From: Candidatus Woesebacteria bacterium
GTDB taxonomy: Bacteria > Patescibacteriota > Microgenomatia > UBA1400 > UBA1396
Reading direction: 5' to 3'
Assembly (NCBI GenBank): GCA_021208605.1
Contig: JAJOJK010000003.1
Coordinates: 9,481 to 73,480, forward strand
DNA length: 64,000 bases
Shown here: piece by piece, positions 19,037 through 29,421 of the stretch
Layout: each line of letters begins with the position of its first letter
Numbering within the stretch: the stretch's first letter is position 1
Notes under the pieces: generated by a model
Databases searched by the model: none
Told to the model about the DNA's origin: nothing
What the model saw: the letters and a program-made list of their open reading frames with translations, nothing else
Made by a program: the position numbers and the translations under genes

Positions 19037-20276
19037 ATGTCTTGGCGCAGTAGCTTTCACGAATTTTCTCGGCATCACGCCCTGCCACAGGAGCTGCGGC
19101 ATTTTTTCTTTGGTATTTTTTTCTACCGTTTAGGTGCCGGTTTGATTTCTTTGACCGGCCCACTGTTCCTTTTTACGATCGGCCAAAACTTTCCCTGGCT
19201 GCAAAATGTGCCTTTGAACACAGTGTCAAAAGGTCTTTTTTTTGTGTTTGCGTCCTATCTTTTGGAACGGTTGTGGATTCTCCTGCTCACCCAACCGATT
19301 GCACGCTGGATTCCCCGCATCGGATTCCATACCAGTATGGTGTTAGGACTCTTATTTTTATCCGCCCGCACTGCGCTGTTTGACTTCTTTTTGCGCGTCC
19401 CGAGTTTATGGCCGTTAGCAATGCTCTTGGCGGCCCTTGGTGTGCAGTTCTTCTGGATTGGATACCACACTTACTTCACTCTGGAAGCAAAAAGTTCGAA
19501 AATTGGCAGTGAAGTGGGCGGCATTGAGTTTATGTCTCGTTTGGCTCAGGTGTTGACCCCACTTCTTGGAGCACTTATTGCCGGCACATTTGGATTCGCC
19601 GTTTCCTTGTGGACCGGTATCGTGCTCTATGGAGTTGCCATTGCTTTCTTACTGCACTTACCGAAACTACAGTCCAAATATTCTTGGCAGTGGAGTGATT
19701 TCTGGCAGTGGCTCACTGACCGTGACCTGCGTCGAACCACCTTGGCCTTAGCTGCGTACACTTGGGAAGAACTTGGCGTCATCGTCTTTTGGCCCATATT
19801 TTTGTTTATTACTTTCGGCAACGTGGAGTCAGTGGGGTATATTTTGTCGACCGCTTCTTTTCTGTCTTTACTGTTTATTTACTTGTCCGGTTGGGTTTTC
19901 GATCACAAGAAAAAAACGTATCGGCAGCATTCAAAAAATGAGCGGTATTCTCCTCAGCTTTTTGTGGATTCCGCGACTCATTTTTGCTGGTTCGCCAGTA
20001 GTGTTGGTGCTAAACGACGCCATTGATCGACTCACACACAGCGTCTATTCAACACTGTTTTATGCGTCCATGCTCTTTTGCGCGCGGGGCAAACATGTCT
20101 ATCGATTTTTTGTAAATCGCCAAGTCGCGATCAGTCTCTTGTGGAGCGTTTTATTGTTGCTGAGCATGGCACTCCTCTTCCTGCACTGGAACTGGATACT
20201 CCTCTTTGCCAGTTTCTTTGGAGCCGGTATGATGAGCTTACTCTTCACCAAAGAAGTCAAAAAACTCAAACTGTAG
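19037..20276 (+). CDS. MFS-type transporter, frameshifted at A run 19910-19916
   Basis: Two overlapping hydrophobic ORFs join into an approximately 12-TM protein. Confidence 0.75.
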
Positions 20277-20283
20277 TATCCAT

Positions 20284-20628
20284 ATGAGTGATTCATCATC
20301 GCTGCAACAATTGTTGCAAAACTACTCAGTCAAAAATCAAGATGATCCGAAATACATTGCCCACGAATTTCAGGACTTTGGGTACCGCATGGCCATGGAA
20401 CTCACCAATCCCAACGATCGCGAAACCATCAGTATGTGCATGGGCTTGGCCAAAAGAAAACCGCGCGCGCTTCTTGAACAAGCACTCAGCTACATCAAAG
20501 ACGCCAAAGCCAAAAACAAAGTCGCGCTTTTTCTGTGGAAAATAAAGGAACTGGAAAAAGAGAAACAGGAAAAGTCAGCAGAAAAGAAGAAAAAAGAACC
20601 ACAACAGACAGCTCTTCCCTGGGAATAG
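20284..20628 (+). CDS. Conserved hypothetical helical protein
   Basis: YIAHEFQDFGYRMAMEL...KNKVALFLWK. Confidence 0.75.
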   Translation: MSDSSSLQQLLQNYSVKNQDDPKYIAHEFQDFGYRMAMELTNPNDRETISMCMGLAKRKPRALLEQALSYIKDAKAKNKVALFLWKIKELEKEKQEKSAEKKKKEPQQTALPWE

Positions 20629-20710
20629 TGCTCTCATGGCCGCAACCGGAGGCGATACGGTTATTGTTTGGGTTGTATCCCCAAGAAAAATACTCTACTC
20701 TACGTATACT

Positions 20711-21316
20711 GTGCAAACACTTCGTACTCTTTTTATTTCTCTTGCAGTTTTCGCCTTAGCAGCCATGGCTCTGCCATCGATTGCGTGGGCTGACACGTAC
20801 AGTGTCAGCATTACCAATACGCAGTTTATTCCTTCCACGCTCAATGTTTCTGTAGGAGATACGATTCGCTTTATCAACACGACTGCCGCCACGCAAAGCG
20901 CAAAAACCACGGATACTGACGGATTTAATACAGGTAATATTGGTCCTGGAGAAAACAAATCAGTTGTCGTTGCCAACGCTGGCACCTACAGCTACACTTC
21001 GCAGTACACTCCTTCTTTAAGTGGAACCGTTGTCGTTGCCGCAAGCACAACTTCTACCGCCACAACAAGCACGACAACCACCAGCACCAGCTCCGCAACC
21101 AAAGGGCAACCTGCACAAACACAACAACAACCTGTATCTGGAACCTTTGAAGTCTTCATGGCTATCTTGATTGCCGGCGCTGGCTTTATTGGTCTCGGAT
21201 TTGCTTCCCGTCGCTATCAGGCTGGAGTGGAAGCCGGACACTCCACCGTTGACCTTCCTTCCATTTCTGTTCGTAGTAACAGCGATGATGCGCACGCATC
21301 TGAGCACCATGAATAA
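20711..21316 (+). CDS. Cupredoxin-fold surface protein lacking Cu ligands, with QPVSG and TM anchor
   Basis: FIPSTLNVSVGDTIRFIN...FNTGNIGPGE...GTYSY; start uncertain (20636 or 20711). Confidence 0.75.
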   Translation: MQTLRTLFISLAVFALAAMALPSIAWADTYSVSITNTQFIPSTLNVSVGDTIRFINTTAATQSAKTTDTDGFNTGNIGPGENKSVVVANAGTYSYTSQYTPSLSGTVVVAASTTSTATTSTTTTSTSSATKGQPAQTQQQPVSGTFEVFMAILIAGAGFIGLGFASRRYQAGVEAGHSTVDLPSISVRSNSDDAHASEHHE

Positions 21317-21878
21317 TCCTTCTGAAGCTCCTTCTTCCTCCTCGTCTTCGGCGTTTGATTCGATCCGCCAAATTGTTCGCGCTCAAAGGCGCATGTTTAC
21401 GTATCTGCTGATTGCTGGTCTGGCATTGGGAATCGGACGCTATATCTTGCCGTTTCCAGGAGTGACAGCCGGTGCGTGGGTCCAGTTCGCGGTATCACTC
21501 GTCATGTTTGTGATAGGTGTGCTCATTGCTCCCTTTACGTTTCTCATGGAATCCCGCTGGAAGCCGTTTTTGGTGAATCGGTTTTCGCTCCAGTTGCCAG
21601 GACAATCTTCACCACTCAGAACTGGTATTTTATTTGTGGTCTTGCCCATTTTAGGCGTATTTGTGATTACTTCGAGCCGCGCACCAATCGGCCTCGGATT
21701 TTTGTGGGGTATTTCGCTGTGGTATGCCATGGAAGCATGGTGGATGCTGCAAGGAAATCAGACCCTATGGCAGGCATATTTCCGGACCCAAGAGATGGGT
21801 GACTCCCAGACAACCACGCTGCTGTGGGGATTCTGTTTGTACGCGGTTCTGCTGAGCTTAGGTATACTAGTCATATAA
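21309..21878 (+). CDS. Multi-pass membrane protein
   Basis: About five hydrophobic segments; overlaps both neighbours. Confidence 0.75.
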   Translation: MNNPSEAPSSSSSSAFDSIRQIVRAQRRMFTYLLIAGLALGIGRYILPFPGVTAGAWVQFAVSLVMFVIGVLIAPFTFLMESRWKPFLVNRFSLQLPGQSSPLRTGILFVVLPILGVFVITSSRAPIGLGFLWGISLWYAMEAWWMLQGNQTLWQAYFRTQEMGDSQTTTLLWGFCLYAVLLSLGILVI

Positions 21879-23743
21879 TGGACATCTTCACTGGCATTGG
21901 TTTTTCTTGGTATGGATTTTTGATTGGACTTGGGTTTACCATCGCGGCCTGGATCGTGGAAACCATACTCAAAAAAGAATACCCCCAGCACCCAATTGCT
22001 GACTGGAAATGGATCGTCGGCGCTGCCCTCATCGCTATACCCGGAATTATTGGCGCCCGCGCCTATCACTTAGCCACAGATTGGTATCTGTACGCCGGCG
22101 AACCTGTTTGGCGCGCTCTGGCAACTTGGAATGGTGGTCTGGGGATTTATGGCGGCATTGTCGGTGGCGCGATTGGCGTAATCGTGTGGAAACATTTTTT
22201 TGTGAAACAAGTGAGTTGGTGGAAATTACTCGATGCTATTGCCATTGCCTTACCTGTTGGCCAGGCAATTGGCCGTATTGGCAACTTTTTGAATCAAGAA
22301 CTGTTCGGCTTGCCAACCACACTGCCTTGGGGAATATTTATTGAACCTGCCTTCCGTCCGGATGCGTTTGCAAGCAGCACACATTTCCACCCCCTGTTTT
22401 TCTATGAAGCTTTGCCGAATGCCATATTGGGACTTGGCTTGTTTGCGCTGTGGCGTTGGCAACGCACACAAAAAGACATACCTTTCTTGGGCTTGGGAAC
22501 AGGCTTGTATGTCGGCATGTACGCCATTTGGTATGGCATTGTGCGATTTTCGCTCGACTTTTTACGCTGGGACCTGGCACAAACCTGGGGAACACTGACA
22601 GTGAGCCAGTGGTTTTCGCTGCTGCTGATTGCCGTTGGCCTCGGGGCATTTTTGCACTTTTCGCGGGTGGCGAATGGGGAGGGACACGATGAGAAAACCA
22701 CCACCTCCACCACCCACAAACTAGCACATAAAAAGAACAAAAAACGCACATATTTGTCCTTACTCGTCATAGCCGGAACGCTCTTGCTGTCTCCTCCTCT
22801 CGCCCAAGCCCAGACACAAACAGAGTTTGACGTCACCATCCAGCCATCAGTCATGGAACTCAGCATTCAACCGGGCAAACGCATCACGCAAGCCTTTGAA
22901 ATTGCCAACGGCGGCACGCGAGATTTAGAAGTTACGCTGTCTCTGCGCGACTTTACCAGTGATAATCTCTCGGGTACACCTGTACTTCTTGAAACCAATA
23001 CCTTTCCCTATGCCGAGCTACAAAACGCTGACATCCGCTTCAACGAACCGTTCCTCTTGCCAGCCGACAGCAGTCAACAAATCGTGGCCGCTTTCGATAT
23101 TCCCATCACAGCCGAAACTCGCGACTGGTACTTCATGCTCCTGGCCGAAACTCGCTCGGTGGCTGATCCAAACTTGATTGGCTCCCGCGCCGAAACCACC
23201 GGTACAATCGGCACAAATGTCCTGATCCGTATCACGCCGACCGAGTATTTACCAACCGACTGGAGTGTCGAACTCCACGGGGTCCCCAAAATTTTGGATA
23301 GCTTGCAAAGCGTAACCTTCCGTCCTTTGGTCACGAACGACAGTACCTCGCTGGCCGTGCCAGACGTATCAGTACTGGTGCTCGATTGGCGCGGCAACAT
23401 TGTCTACGAAGAAACGGGCCTGCCAGACCGAGTTCTCGCCAAAAGTACACGAGAAATCACTGCCGGACAACAGCGCACCGATGACCCGCGCTCCTACGAG
23501 CCCGTGCCGTTCCGCTTTGATCCGCTGTTTGCCATTGGACCGTATACCGTCCGCGTAACGCTGCGCAATAACGAAGGTGGACCGGTTGTTGTCGAACGTG
23601 GATTTCTTGCTGTGCCGATTTCATTGATCGCGGTGATTATTCTTACGGGAGGTCTTCTCTGGGGAGTGCGCTCGTACCTACGGAGCAAATCACACACACA
23701 TTCCGCCGCAAACTCGACAGAATCAGCATCGAATCGCGAGTAG
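21878..23743 (+). CDS. lgt: Prolipoprotein diacylglyceryl transferase fused to an extracellular beta-sandwich domain and C-terminal TM
   Basis: WYG, GARAYH, WNGGLGIYGG, GRIGNFLNQE, HPLFFYE; second half starts with a signal-like segment LLLSPPLAQAQ. Confidence 0.85.
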   Translation: MDIFTGIGFSWYGFLIGLGFTIAAWIVETILKKEYPQHPIADWKWIVGAALIAIPGIIGARAYHLATDWYLYAGEPVWRALATWNGGLGIYGGIVGGAIGVIVWKHFFVKQVSWWKLLDAIAIALPVGQAIGRIGNFLNQELFGLPTTLPWGIFIEPAFRPDAFASSTHFHPLFFYEALPNAILGLGLFALWRWQRTQKDIPFLGLGTGLYVGMYAIWYGIVRFSLDFLRWDLAQTWGTLTVSQWFSLLLIAVGLGAFLHFSRVANGEGHDEKTTTSTTHKLAHKKNKKRTYLSLLVIAGTLLLSPPLAQAQTQTEFDVTIQPSVMELSIQPGKRITQAFEIANGGTRDLEVTLSLRDFTSDNLSGTPVLLETNTFPYAELQNADIRFNEPFLLPADSSQQIVAAFDIPITAETRDWYFMLLAETRSVADPNLIGSRAETTGTIGTNVLIRITPTEYLPTDWSVELHGVPKILDSLQSVTFRPLVTNDSTSLAVPDVSVLVLDWRGNIVYEETGLPDRVLAKSTREITAGQQRTDDPRSYEPVPFRFDPLFAIGPYTVRVTLRNNEGGPVVVERGFLAVPISLIAVIILTGGLLWGVRSYLRSKSHTHSAANSTESASNRE

Positions 23744-23745
23744 AT

Positions 23746-24405
23746 TTACGCAAAGTGCGAAAAATCGGACAGAGTTTCCATGCGTTGCTGCAGAGCTGGT
23801 TCAGATAATTCCGGCAGTGAGAGCGCGTATCGATCATTGAACTGCTGTTCCATGTCTAGTAAGGCTTGCTCGACTGCTTTCATTTCGGCTACTTTTTCTG
23901 GCGTAAAACGTGTTTGGTAGCGCTCGAGAATGTCGGCGATGCGTTCAGAAATTGTGGTGAAACCATGCGGAGTCACGCGGGCGTCGCAGTAGAGGCAGAT
24001 TTTGAGATTCCAATTCTCGCCGTTGGCAGAGTTCAGCAGTTGCGAGTTGCCCATATTCTTGAGGAGGTCCAGTACCATTGAGCTCGCACCAATTTCTTGG
24101 GCCATGGCGAGCGTAGCGCCGTGAACTGCTGGTCCGTACGCGGAACGAATCTGACGCTGGACGTCTTTCCAGTGCTCCATGTCGCGTTCATCGGGATCAA
24201 AAAGGTGCTCGGCTTGTTTCCAGTCAAACTTGAGAATGTTGCCGAGGTCGTGCAGGAGGAGGGTGGCGACAATAGCGTCGTGATTGAGTTCCTCGGGAAA
24301 TTCAGCGCCGCGGACAATGGCGTCACCGACCGCTGCCACTCGGTACATGTGTCGGCGGAGATTGCGGGGGATTTGGAAACGATCGTAGATTTCGGCGGTG
24401 GTCAT
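23746..24405 (-). CDS. HD-domain phosphohydrolase
   Basis: H...LLHDLGN...H...YCDARV. Confidence 0.85.
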   Translation of the reverse strand: MTTAEIYDRFQIPRNLRRHMYRVAAVGDAIVRGAEFPEELNHDAIVATLLLHDLGNILKFDWKQAEHLFDPDERDMEHWKDVQRQIRSAYGPAVHGATLAMAQEIGASSMVLDLLKNMGNSQLLNSANGENWNLKICLYCDARVTPHGFTTISERIADILERYQTRFTPEKVAEMKAVEQALLDMEQQFNDRYALSLPELSEPALQQRMETLSDFSHFA

Positions 24406-24533
24406 ACAGGTACGATATCACTTTTCGACCCCAGCACAAGAATACCACCCAAATCTTACAACATTCTTACACTTTTCTACTGACCATCTTACACCTCTTC
24501 CTGATACTAGAGTCAGAAACAACAAAGGAACCT

Positions 24534-24881
24534 ATGGCTACACGCACTACCGACTGTCCCAACCAACCCGTCGACAACCAGGACAAACCCTACTTGGTCA
24601 TGCACCAATTTTTAGACTTCGGATTGTTCTTGATTGAAGGTTTTTTACTACTCAGCTTCTTACTCAAAATGGCTGGCGCGAATCGGGCCACCGGATTTGT
24701 CCAGTTTGTTTTAGGCATCAGTGACGTCTTGATGGCGCCATTTCAGTTTATTTTTCCGGTCGCGCAAACGGGGCAATATGTCTTTGACTGGTCGATTTTA
24801 GTGGCGATGCTGGTCTACGCACTCATCGTCATTGCTCTTCGTCAGGCGATTGCGATGGTGTATACGGCTGATCGGGCGTAG
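24534..24881 (+). CDS. YggT-family membrane protein
   Basis: LKMAGAN...FV.FV..ISD.LMAPF..IFP...DWS.LVAM.VY. Confidence 0.8.
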   Translation: MATRTTDCPNQPVDNQDKPYLVMHQFLDFGLFLIEGFLLLSFLLKMAGANRATGFVQFVLGISDVLMAPFQFIFPVAQTGQYVFDWSILVAMLVYALIVIALRQAIAMVYTADRA

Positions 24882-25104
24882 AAACAAAATTAGCGCAAAA
24901 ATTTTTTGGTTTACCAGTAATCTGGAAACCCCGGCTGTTGCATATTACGGTAACGTGAGGTGGTTTCTCAATAACTGTACAAAAAGGAGGTACGTTTCCA
25001 TCTTCACACATGGCGTACTGATTGGTTATTGTGTTCAGACAAAAAACATATTTTTTTTCGCCGTCAGCAACAATATATTTTTCTACTTCTCTAGGTTTTT
25101 TCAT
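24829..25104 (-). CDS. Small hypothetical protein
   Basis: AGGAG upstream of ATG; AT-richer; overlaps the 3' end of yggT. Confidence 0.5.
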   Translation of the reverse strand: MKKPREVEKYIVADGEKKYVFCLNTITNQYAMCEDGNVPPFCTVIEKPPHVTVICNSRGFQITGKPKNFCANFVSTPDQPYTPSQSPDEEQ

Positions 25105-25137
25105 TTGTTTCTCCTGCCTTTTGGAGTGTGGAGTATA

Positions 25138-25638
25138 TCAGAAAAGATCGGAAATTTCAGCGATTAAGGAGAAAGGCACGTGATTTTTCCACTCTTCTCG
25201 CCCATTTCGCATCAACTCACGAATCACCATACCTTGCCATTCTTCGCGATTGGCCAGTGGAATGGTTTTCGCTTGGTATCCCGCTGCTTCAAGCACAGAG
25301 TTTGTCCACTCGTTATTGCCGACCACCACATCGAAATCGCCGACTGCAGCAATGAGCTTGTCAACCCATTCTTGGTCACTCGGGAAATCATATGACGGCA
25401 CGATCTTGAGTACTTTCTCTGAAAGACCTTCAGTGGCAATCACTTTTTCCAAAATCTGCTGGCGAACCGCAAAAGACAGGGGGTTATCGATTGTGCCTGA
25501 CTCGCCCGCAGAACCAATCGCCAAGACCACATGATCAGCCATCGCCGCCACTTCGCGGAGTAAGTACAAGTGGCCTTTGTGAAACGGCTGAAACCGTCCG
25601 ACGATGAGGGCAGTCCGATATTTTTTCTCTTCAGTCAT
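25138..25638 (-). CDS. nadM: Nicotinamide-nucleotide adenylyltransferase (archaeal NadM-like)
   Basis: GRFQPFHKGH, IGSA, NPLS...R, G..IR...W...VP. Confidence 0.85.
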   Translation of the reverse strand: MTEEKKYRTALIVGRFQPFHKGHLYLLREVAAMADHVVLAIGSAGESGTIDNPLSFAVRQQILEKVIATEGLSEKVLKIVPSYDFPSDQEWVDKLIAAVGDFDVVVGNNEWTNSVLEAAGYQAKTIPLANREEWQGMVIRELMRNGREEWKNHVPFSLIAEISDLF

Positions 25639-25659
25639 AACAGCAGTGTAGCAAAAAAA

Positions 25660-25923
25660 TCACTTTTCAAAAGGGAATTCTTCGTTCAACTGCTTCTGAA
25701 TCACTTGTTCATCTTGCCAAATTTGAACTTCATTGGCCGGTACTTGCCAGCGCCATCCATCAGCCAGAAAGATTTCTACTGACTTACCAAGTAAAAGATA
25801 CCAAATTGAGTTCTCAGGCACGTCGTACTTTTCAGCAAAACTCTTGACTGACTCACGTGTATATACTGTTTGACTGAGTTCCCGTAGCTCTCGAGAAAAA
25901 AGGAAAACTTCTGCTTGTCTCAT
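25660..25923 (-). CDS. Small hypothetical protein
   Basis: ORF fills the gap between nadM and rdgB. Confidence 0.55.
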   Translation of the reverse strand: MRQAEVFLFSRELRELSQTVYTRESVKSFAEKYDVPENSIWYLLLGKSVEIFLADGWRWQVPANEVQIWQDEQVIQKQLNEEFPFEK

Positions 25924-26003
25924 AATGACAAATAGTATAATCACAATCTTTAAATAGTCTAGTTACGCTTGCCCTCAAGCCATAACCGTACTACGCTACC
26001 AAC

Positions 26004-26528
26004 ATGATTACTTTTGTCACCGGAAACGCCGGTAAATATGCCGAAGCAAAAAAGCATATTCCCGAACTCCACCAGCTCGATATCGACTTAGAAGAAATTC
26101 AGAGCTTAAAGCCTGAAGATGTGGTAAAACACAAGCTGCTCCAAGCGGCCCAACACTGCGAAGGCATGATCGTGGTTGACGACACGTCGCTCTCATTTGA
26201 CGCCCTTGGGGGACTGCCCGGACCATTCATCAAATGGTTTCTGAAATCTCTAGGAACCGAGCGAGTAGCCCACCTCGCCGCAGAAAATCCCCGTGCCACC
26301 GCCACTTGCACATTAGGACTCTTCCAAGAAAACGGCGAAATCAAGTATTTCACAGTTTCTGTGCCAGGCACAATTGTCGCCCCTCGCGGCGAAAGCGGTT
26401 TTGGCTGGGATCCTATTTTTGTCCCGGAAGGATCTGAAAAGACGTTTGCCGAGATGACCGAAGCAGAAAAAGACCGTTATAAGATGCGGCCAAAGGCATT
26501 TCGGCAACTTCAGGCGTACCTAGAGTAA
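26004..26528 (+). CDS. rdgB: Non-canonical purine NTP pyrophosphatase (ITPase/Ham1)
   Basis: TGNAGK, EIQ, DDTSL..ALGGLPGPFIKWF, FGWDPIF, KTFAEM...K. Confidence 0.93.
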   Translation: MITFVTGNAGKYAEAKKHIPELHQLDIDLEEIQSLKPEDVVKHKLLQAAQHCEGMIVVDDTSLSFDALGGLPGPFIKWFLKSLGTERVAHLAAENPRATATCTLGLFQENGEIKYFTVSVPGTIVAPRGESGFGWDPIFVPEGSEKTFAEMTEAEKDRYKMRPKAFRQLQAYLE

Positions 26529-26608
26529 TTGGGATCGATCTTTTATTACCAGGTCAATATTGTTCAAAACTTCGGTAAAGAGCTCTTCTCTGGTATATAT
26601 CTCCTTTT

Positions 26609-27046
26609 TTACACCACCGTGTCCTGCTGCGGCACATCTTCGCGATTACTCCAAAACTCTTGCCAGCGGTGCGGCAACATCTCGCGCAGTGTGAGTGTTT
26701 CTCCAGCACCTAAAAAAATTTGAGCGTCAATATTAGCGCGGTCAATTTGGAACAGGAGTTCGCGACATCGCCCGCAAGGTGGGATTATCTCTCCTTGGTC
26801 GTTCATGCCCACCACGTGCGACACCCGCGTTTCACCAGCTTGAATCATCTGCGCTAAAGCGGAAACCTCTGCACAAAAACCCAGATCACAGGAAGTGCTC
26901 ATATTGATACCGGTGTAGATATTTCCTTGCGATGTCTGCACCGCACAGGCCACCTTGGCTACAGAGACATCGGTGGTCAACTCGCGTCGTCCCAGAAGTG
27001 GCTGAATATGTGTGCGCAGTGTGTGAAAAAGTGCTGATTCGGACAT
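26609..27046 (-). CDS. cdd: Cytidine deaminase (tetrameric type)
   Basis: FCAE...PPCGRCRE...LLP-like motif. Confidence 0.88.
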   Translation of the reverse strand: MSESALFHTLRTHIQPLLGRRELTTDVSVAKVACAVQTSQGNIYTGINMSTSCDLGFCAEVSALAQMIQAGETRVSHVVGMNDQGEIIPPCGRCRELLFQIDRANIDAQIFLGAGETLTLREMLPHRWQEFWSNREDVPQQDTVV

Positions 27047-27131
27047 AGTCACATAATACACGAGGTCAGATGGTAAAAAAATGGCCCTCTCTGAGGACCA
27101 CTTTTTGCGATATTTCACTGCAGCAATGAGT

Positions 27132-27569
27132 TTAGTACACCACGACCTGCGCGCGATCTGTCACAGGAGCGTAGTCTTTCACTTCGTGCCACATGCCTTC
27201 GGGGTCACGATAGGAAATGCGGACGTTGTGTTCCCCCTCTTGGTAGTACATACCAGGAATGGAAAACTGAAAGCTTTCACCTTGGCTTAAACCAACTTCA
27301 GGAACACACCCTAAATGTCGTCCTGTCGTTACATCGCGGGCGCACAGTGGTGTGGTAATGTGCCGAGAGCTCATATTCTGCACCGTAGCTTGAATACGTG
27401 ATGTTCCGCCAGGTTGGACGTAATCGGTCATACTCATTGGTCCACTGGTATAGAAAATCTCAGTCGCTTGATTTGCTTGAACGGGCGCGACAGCACCCAC
27501 AAACATCACACTCACGAAAGTCAACACTGTGAGGAGCGTGGCACTGCGAATTTTTTCTGCAAAGTTCAT
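27132..27569 (-). CDS. Secreted Ig-like protein
   Basis: Signal peptide ending APVQA; beta-rich mature region. Confidence 0.7.
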   Translation of the reverse strand: MNFAEKIRSATLLTVLTFVSVMFVGAVAPVQANQATEIFYTSGPMSMTDYVQPGGTSRIQATVQNMSSRHITTPLCARDVTTGRHLGCVPEVGLSQGESFQFSIPGMYYQEGEHNVRISYRDPEGMWHEVKDYAPVTDRAQVVVY

Positions 27570-27697
27570 ACGGGCCTCCTTTCAAGTTGCCTGTGTTTTC
27601 TATGCTTACTATGGCAAAAAAACATTACAAGCCTATAAAAGGGGTGTGAGGGTTGAGTAAGAAACGGAGCATTCTGAGTTTCCACTCCTAAGAAAAC

Positions 27698-28786
27698 CTA
27701 TGAACTCGATGTCAGCTCAGAAATCCGTGCGCGCACACCGGCCTCCAAATCCTGCCAATTGCAGGTGTAATTACCAGTTTGCGCATCTTTCGGAACAGAA
27801 TACACCGTTTTCTCTTTTCCATACTGAGACGAGTACTCAAAAATCAAAGTTTCTTCTGATTCCCGGACTAAGAGACTGCCTCCTGGTATTTCTTGAACCG
27901 GGAGATCGCTCCAAATATGCATCATCTCAAGCTGAGCCTTCACTTCCTGCGCCGTTTTTCCAACTATCGTTGGCCCATTTTTGCGCTCTTTTCCGAGGCG
28001 GATTAAGCGTCCCAACAGTTCTTGCGTATCCAAGGCATACGTCGCTCGCTCGGGATCAGTTCCAGAACCATACTCGGCCTTTACCGTCATGAACGCAGGG
28101 CTTTCTGCTCCCACAGCTTCCCGGACACGTACCGATAACGTACACTGCTCGCCAGTATTCGTGGACTCAGAGCGACCTGTTAAGATAAGTCGTTGCATAA
28201 TGTCTGGTGAAAATGTCTTTGACAACATGGTACGCAATTCTGAGAGTGTTCCCAGAAAAGTGGTCGAGGCATCAAGTTGATCAACTTTTTCTCGAGCTAT
28301 TTCTTGGAGATCAGTGGCCGAAATATTTTCAACGGAAAGAGCTGCGATGATTTCTTGCTGCGTTATAACGGTTTTTTGTTGCTCTTGACTGACTTCTTGC
28401 GTGAGCCTGTTGCCCTGTTCGTACTGAGACCAACCAGGCCGTGCCACAAGAATTCGACTCACTTGTCCAGTGCGCTGTGAACGTAGACTAATGGAGTATT
28501 GTTGCCCGTAGACATCTTGTCCGCTCGGCGTGCTGGAGCTGGTTTCCGCAGCTTGCACCGTTAATTCACCGGCATCTAAGCCTGTTGTCTCTTGCAGCCA
28601 GGACAAAAGCTCATCGGCGTCAGAAATCTCTAAAGTCTCGGCAGAAAAGTGGTCTTGTTCGAGAGGATCAAAGGTTTCTTCCAGTGTCCGTTGGAGTAAA
28701 TCGGCCACTCCTTTTTGCTGATCTTCTGTTTCTTGTTGATGCAGTAATTCTGCTACAGTTTGCGCAGATAATTCTTGTGCGGTCAT
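27698..28786 (-). CDS. Hypothetical protein, possibly three internal alpha/beta units
   Basis: 362-aa ORF; AAGGAG RBS. Confidence 0.7.
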   Translation of the reverse strand: MTAQELSAQTVAELLHQQETEDQQKGVADLLQRTLEETFDPLEQDHFSAETLEISDADELLSWLQETTGLDAGELTVQAAETSSSTPSGQDVYGQQYSISLRSQRTGQVSRILVARPGWSQYEQGNRLTQEVSQEQQKTVITQQEIIAALSVENISATDLQEIAREKVDQLDASTTFLGTLSELRTMLSKTFSPDIMQRLILTGRSESTNTGEQCTLSVRVREAVGAESPAFMTVKAEYGSGTDPERATYALDTQELLGRLIRLGKERKNGPTIVGKTAQEVKAQLEMMHIWSDLPVQEIPGGSLLVRESEETLIFEYSSQYGKEKTVYSVPKDAQTGNYTCNWQDLEAGVRARISELTSSS

Positions 28787-28853
28787 GAAAAATCTCCTTA
28801 TTTGTCTTCACTATAACGAAAAATGCAAAAAAACGAAACTCTTCTCCTCAGAA

Positions 28854-29384
28854 TTACTGCGGATTTTCGTCATACTCCGGCCGCACTGTCCGGATAATCC
28901 GCGCCATGGCCTGCAGTAAGACGGAAATTTGGGCAATGAGGAAACCAACAATCACGGTTTCCAGCCCTACAAAGCTCCAGTAAATGCGCGGGAAATAGTT
29001 GCGCGGAAGCTCTTGGCTTTCCACGATTGGGAACGAAGTAAATAACAGCGCACACACAGCCAGCACAAGCGCCACCGAAGACAACAACGCAATGCCCTGC
29101 ATCTGCAAATAAAACTCCCTATCGAGCTTTTTTTCGGTGGTGTACCCAATACTGAGCAAGTTTAATAACAGCGCCAAAACCGTCGCCGTTCCACCAATCA
29201 CGGCACTATTGAGATAGCGCGACGCGGTAAGCGTTGTCTCGAGAACCACCGGATCCTGCGCTACTGTGCGAAACTCCTGGAGCAACAAGTGAATTCCGGT
29301 GGTCAACGCCACCGAAAAAAACAGTCCAAAAACAACGCTGAACTTTATTTGGTTGAGAACGCGGGGGGAAAAGAAAGTGGGCAT
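28854..29384 (-). CDS. Four-TM membrane protein
   Basis: Hydrophobicity pattern. Confidence 0.75.
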   Translation of the reverse strand: MPTFFSPRVLNQIKFSVVFGLFFSVALTTGIHLLLQEFRTVAQDPVVLETTLTASRYLNSAVIGGTATVLALLLNLLSIGYTTEKKLDREFYLQMQGIALLSSVALVLAVCALLFTSFPIVESQELPRNYFPRIYWSFVGLETVIVGFLIAQISVLLQAMARIIRTVRPEYDENPQ

Positions 29385-29421
29385 GGTTGCATTGTACGGG
29401 GATTACTTACTCGCTTCATCC

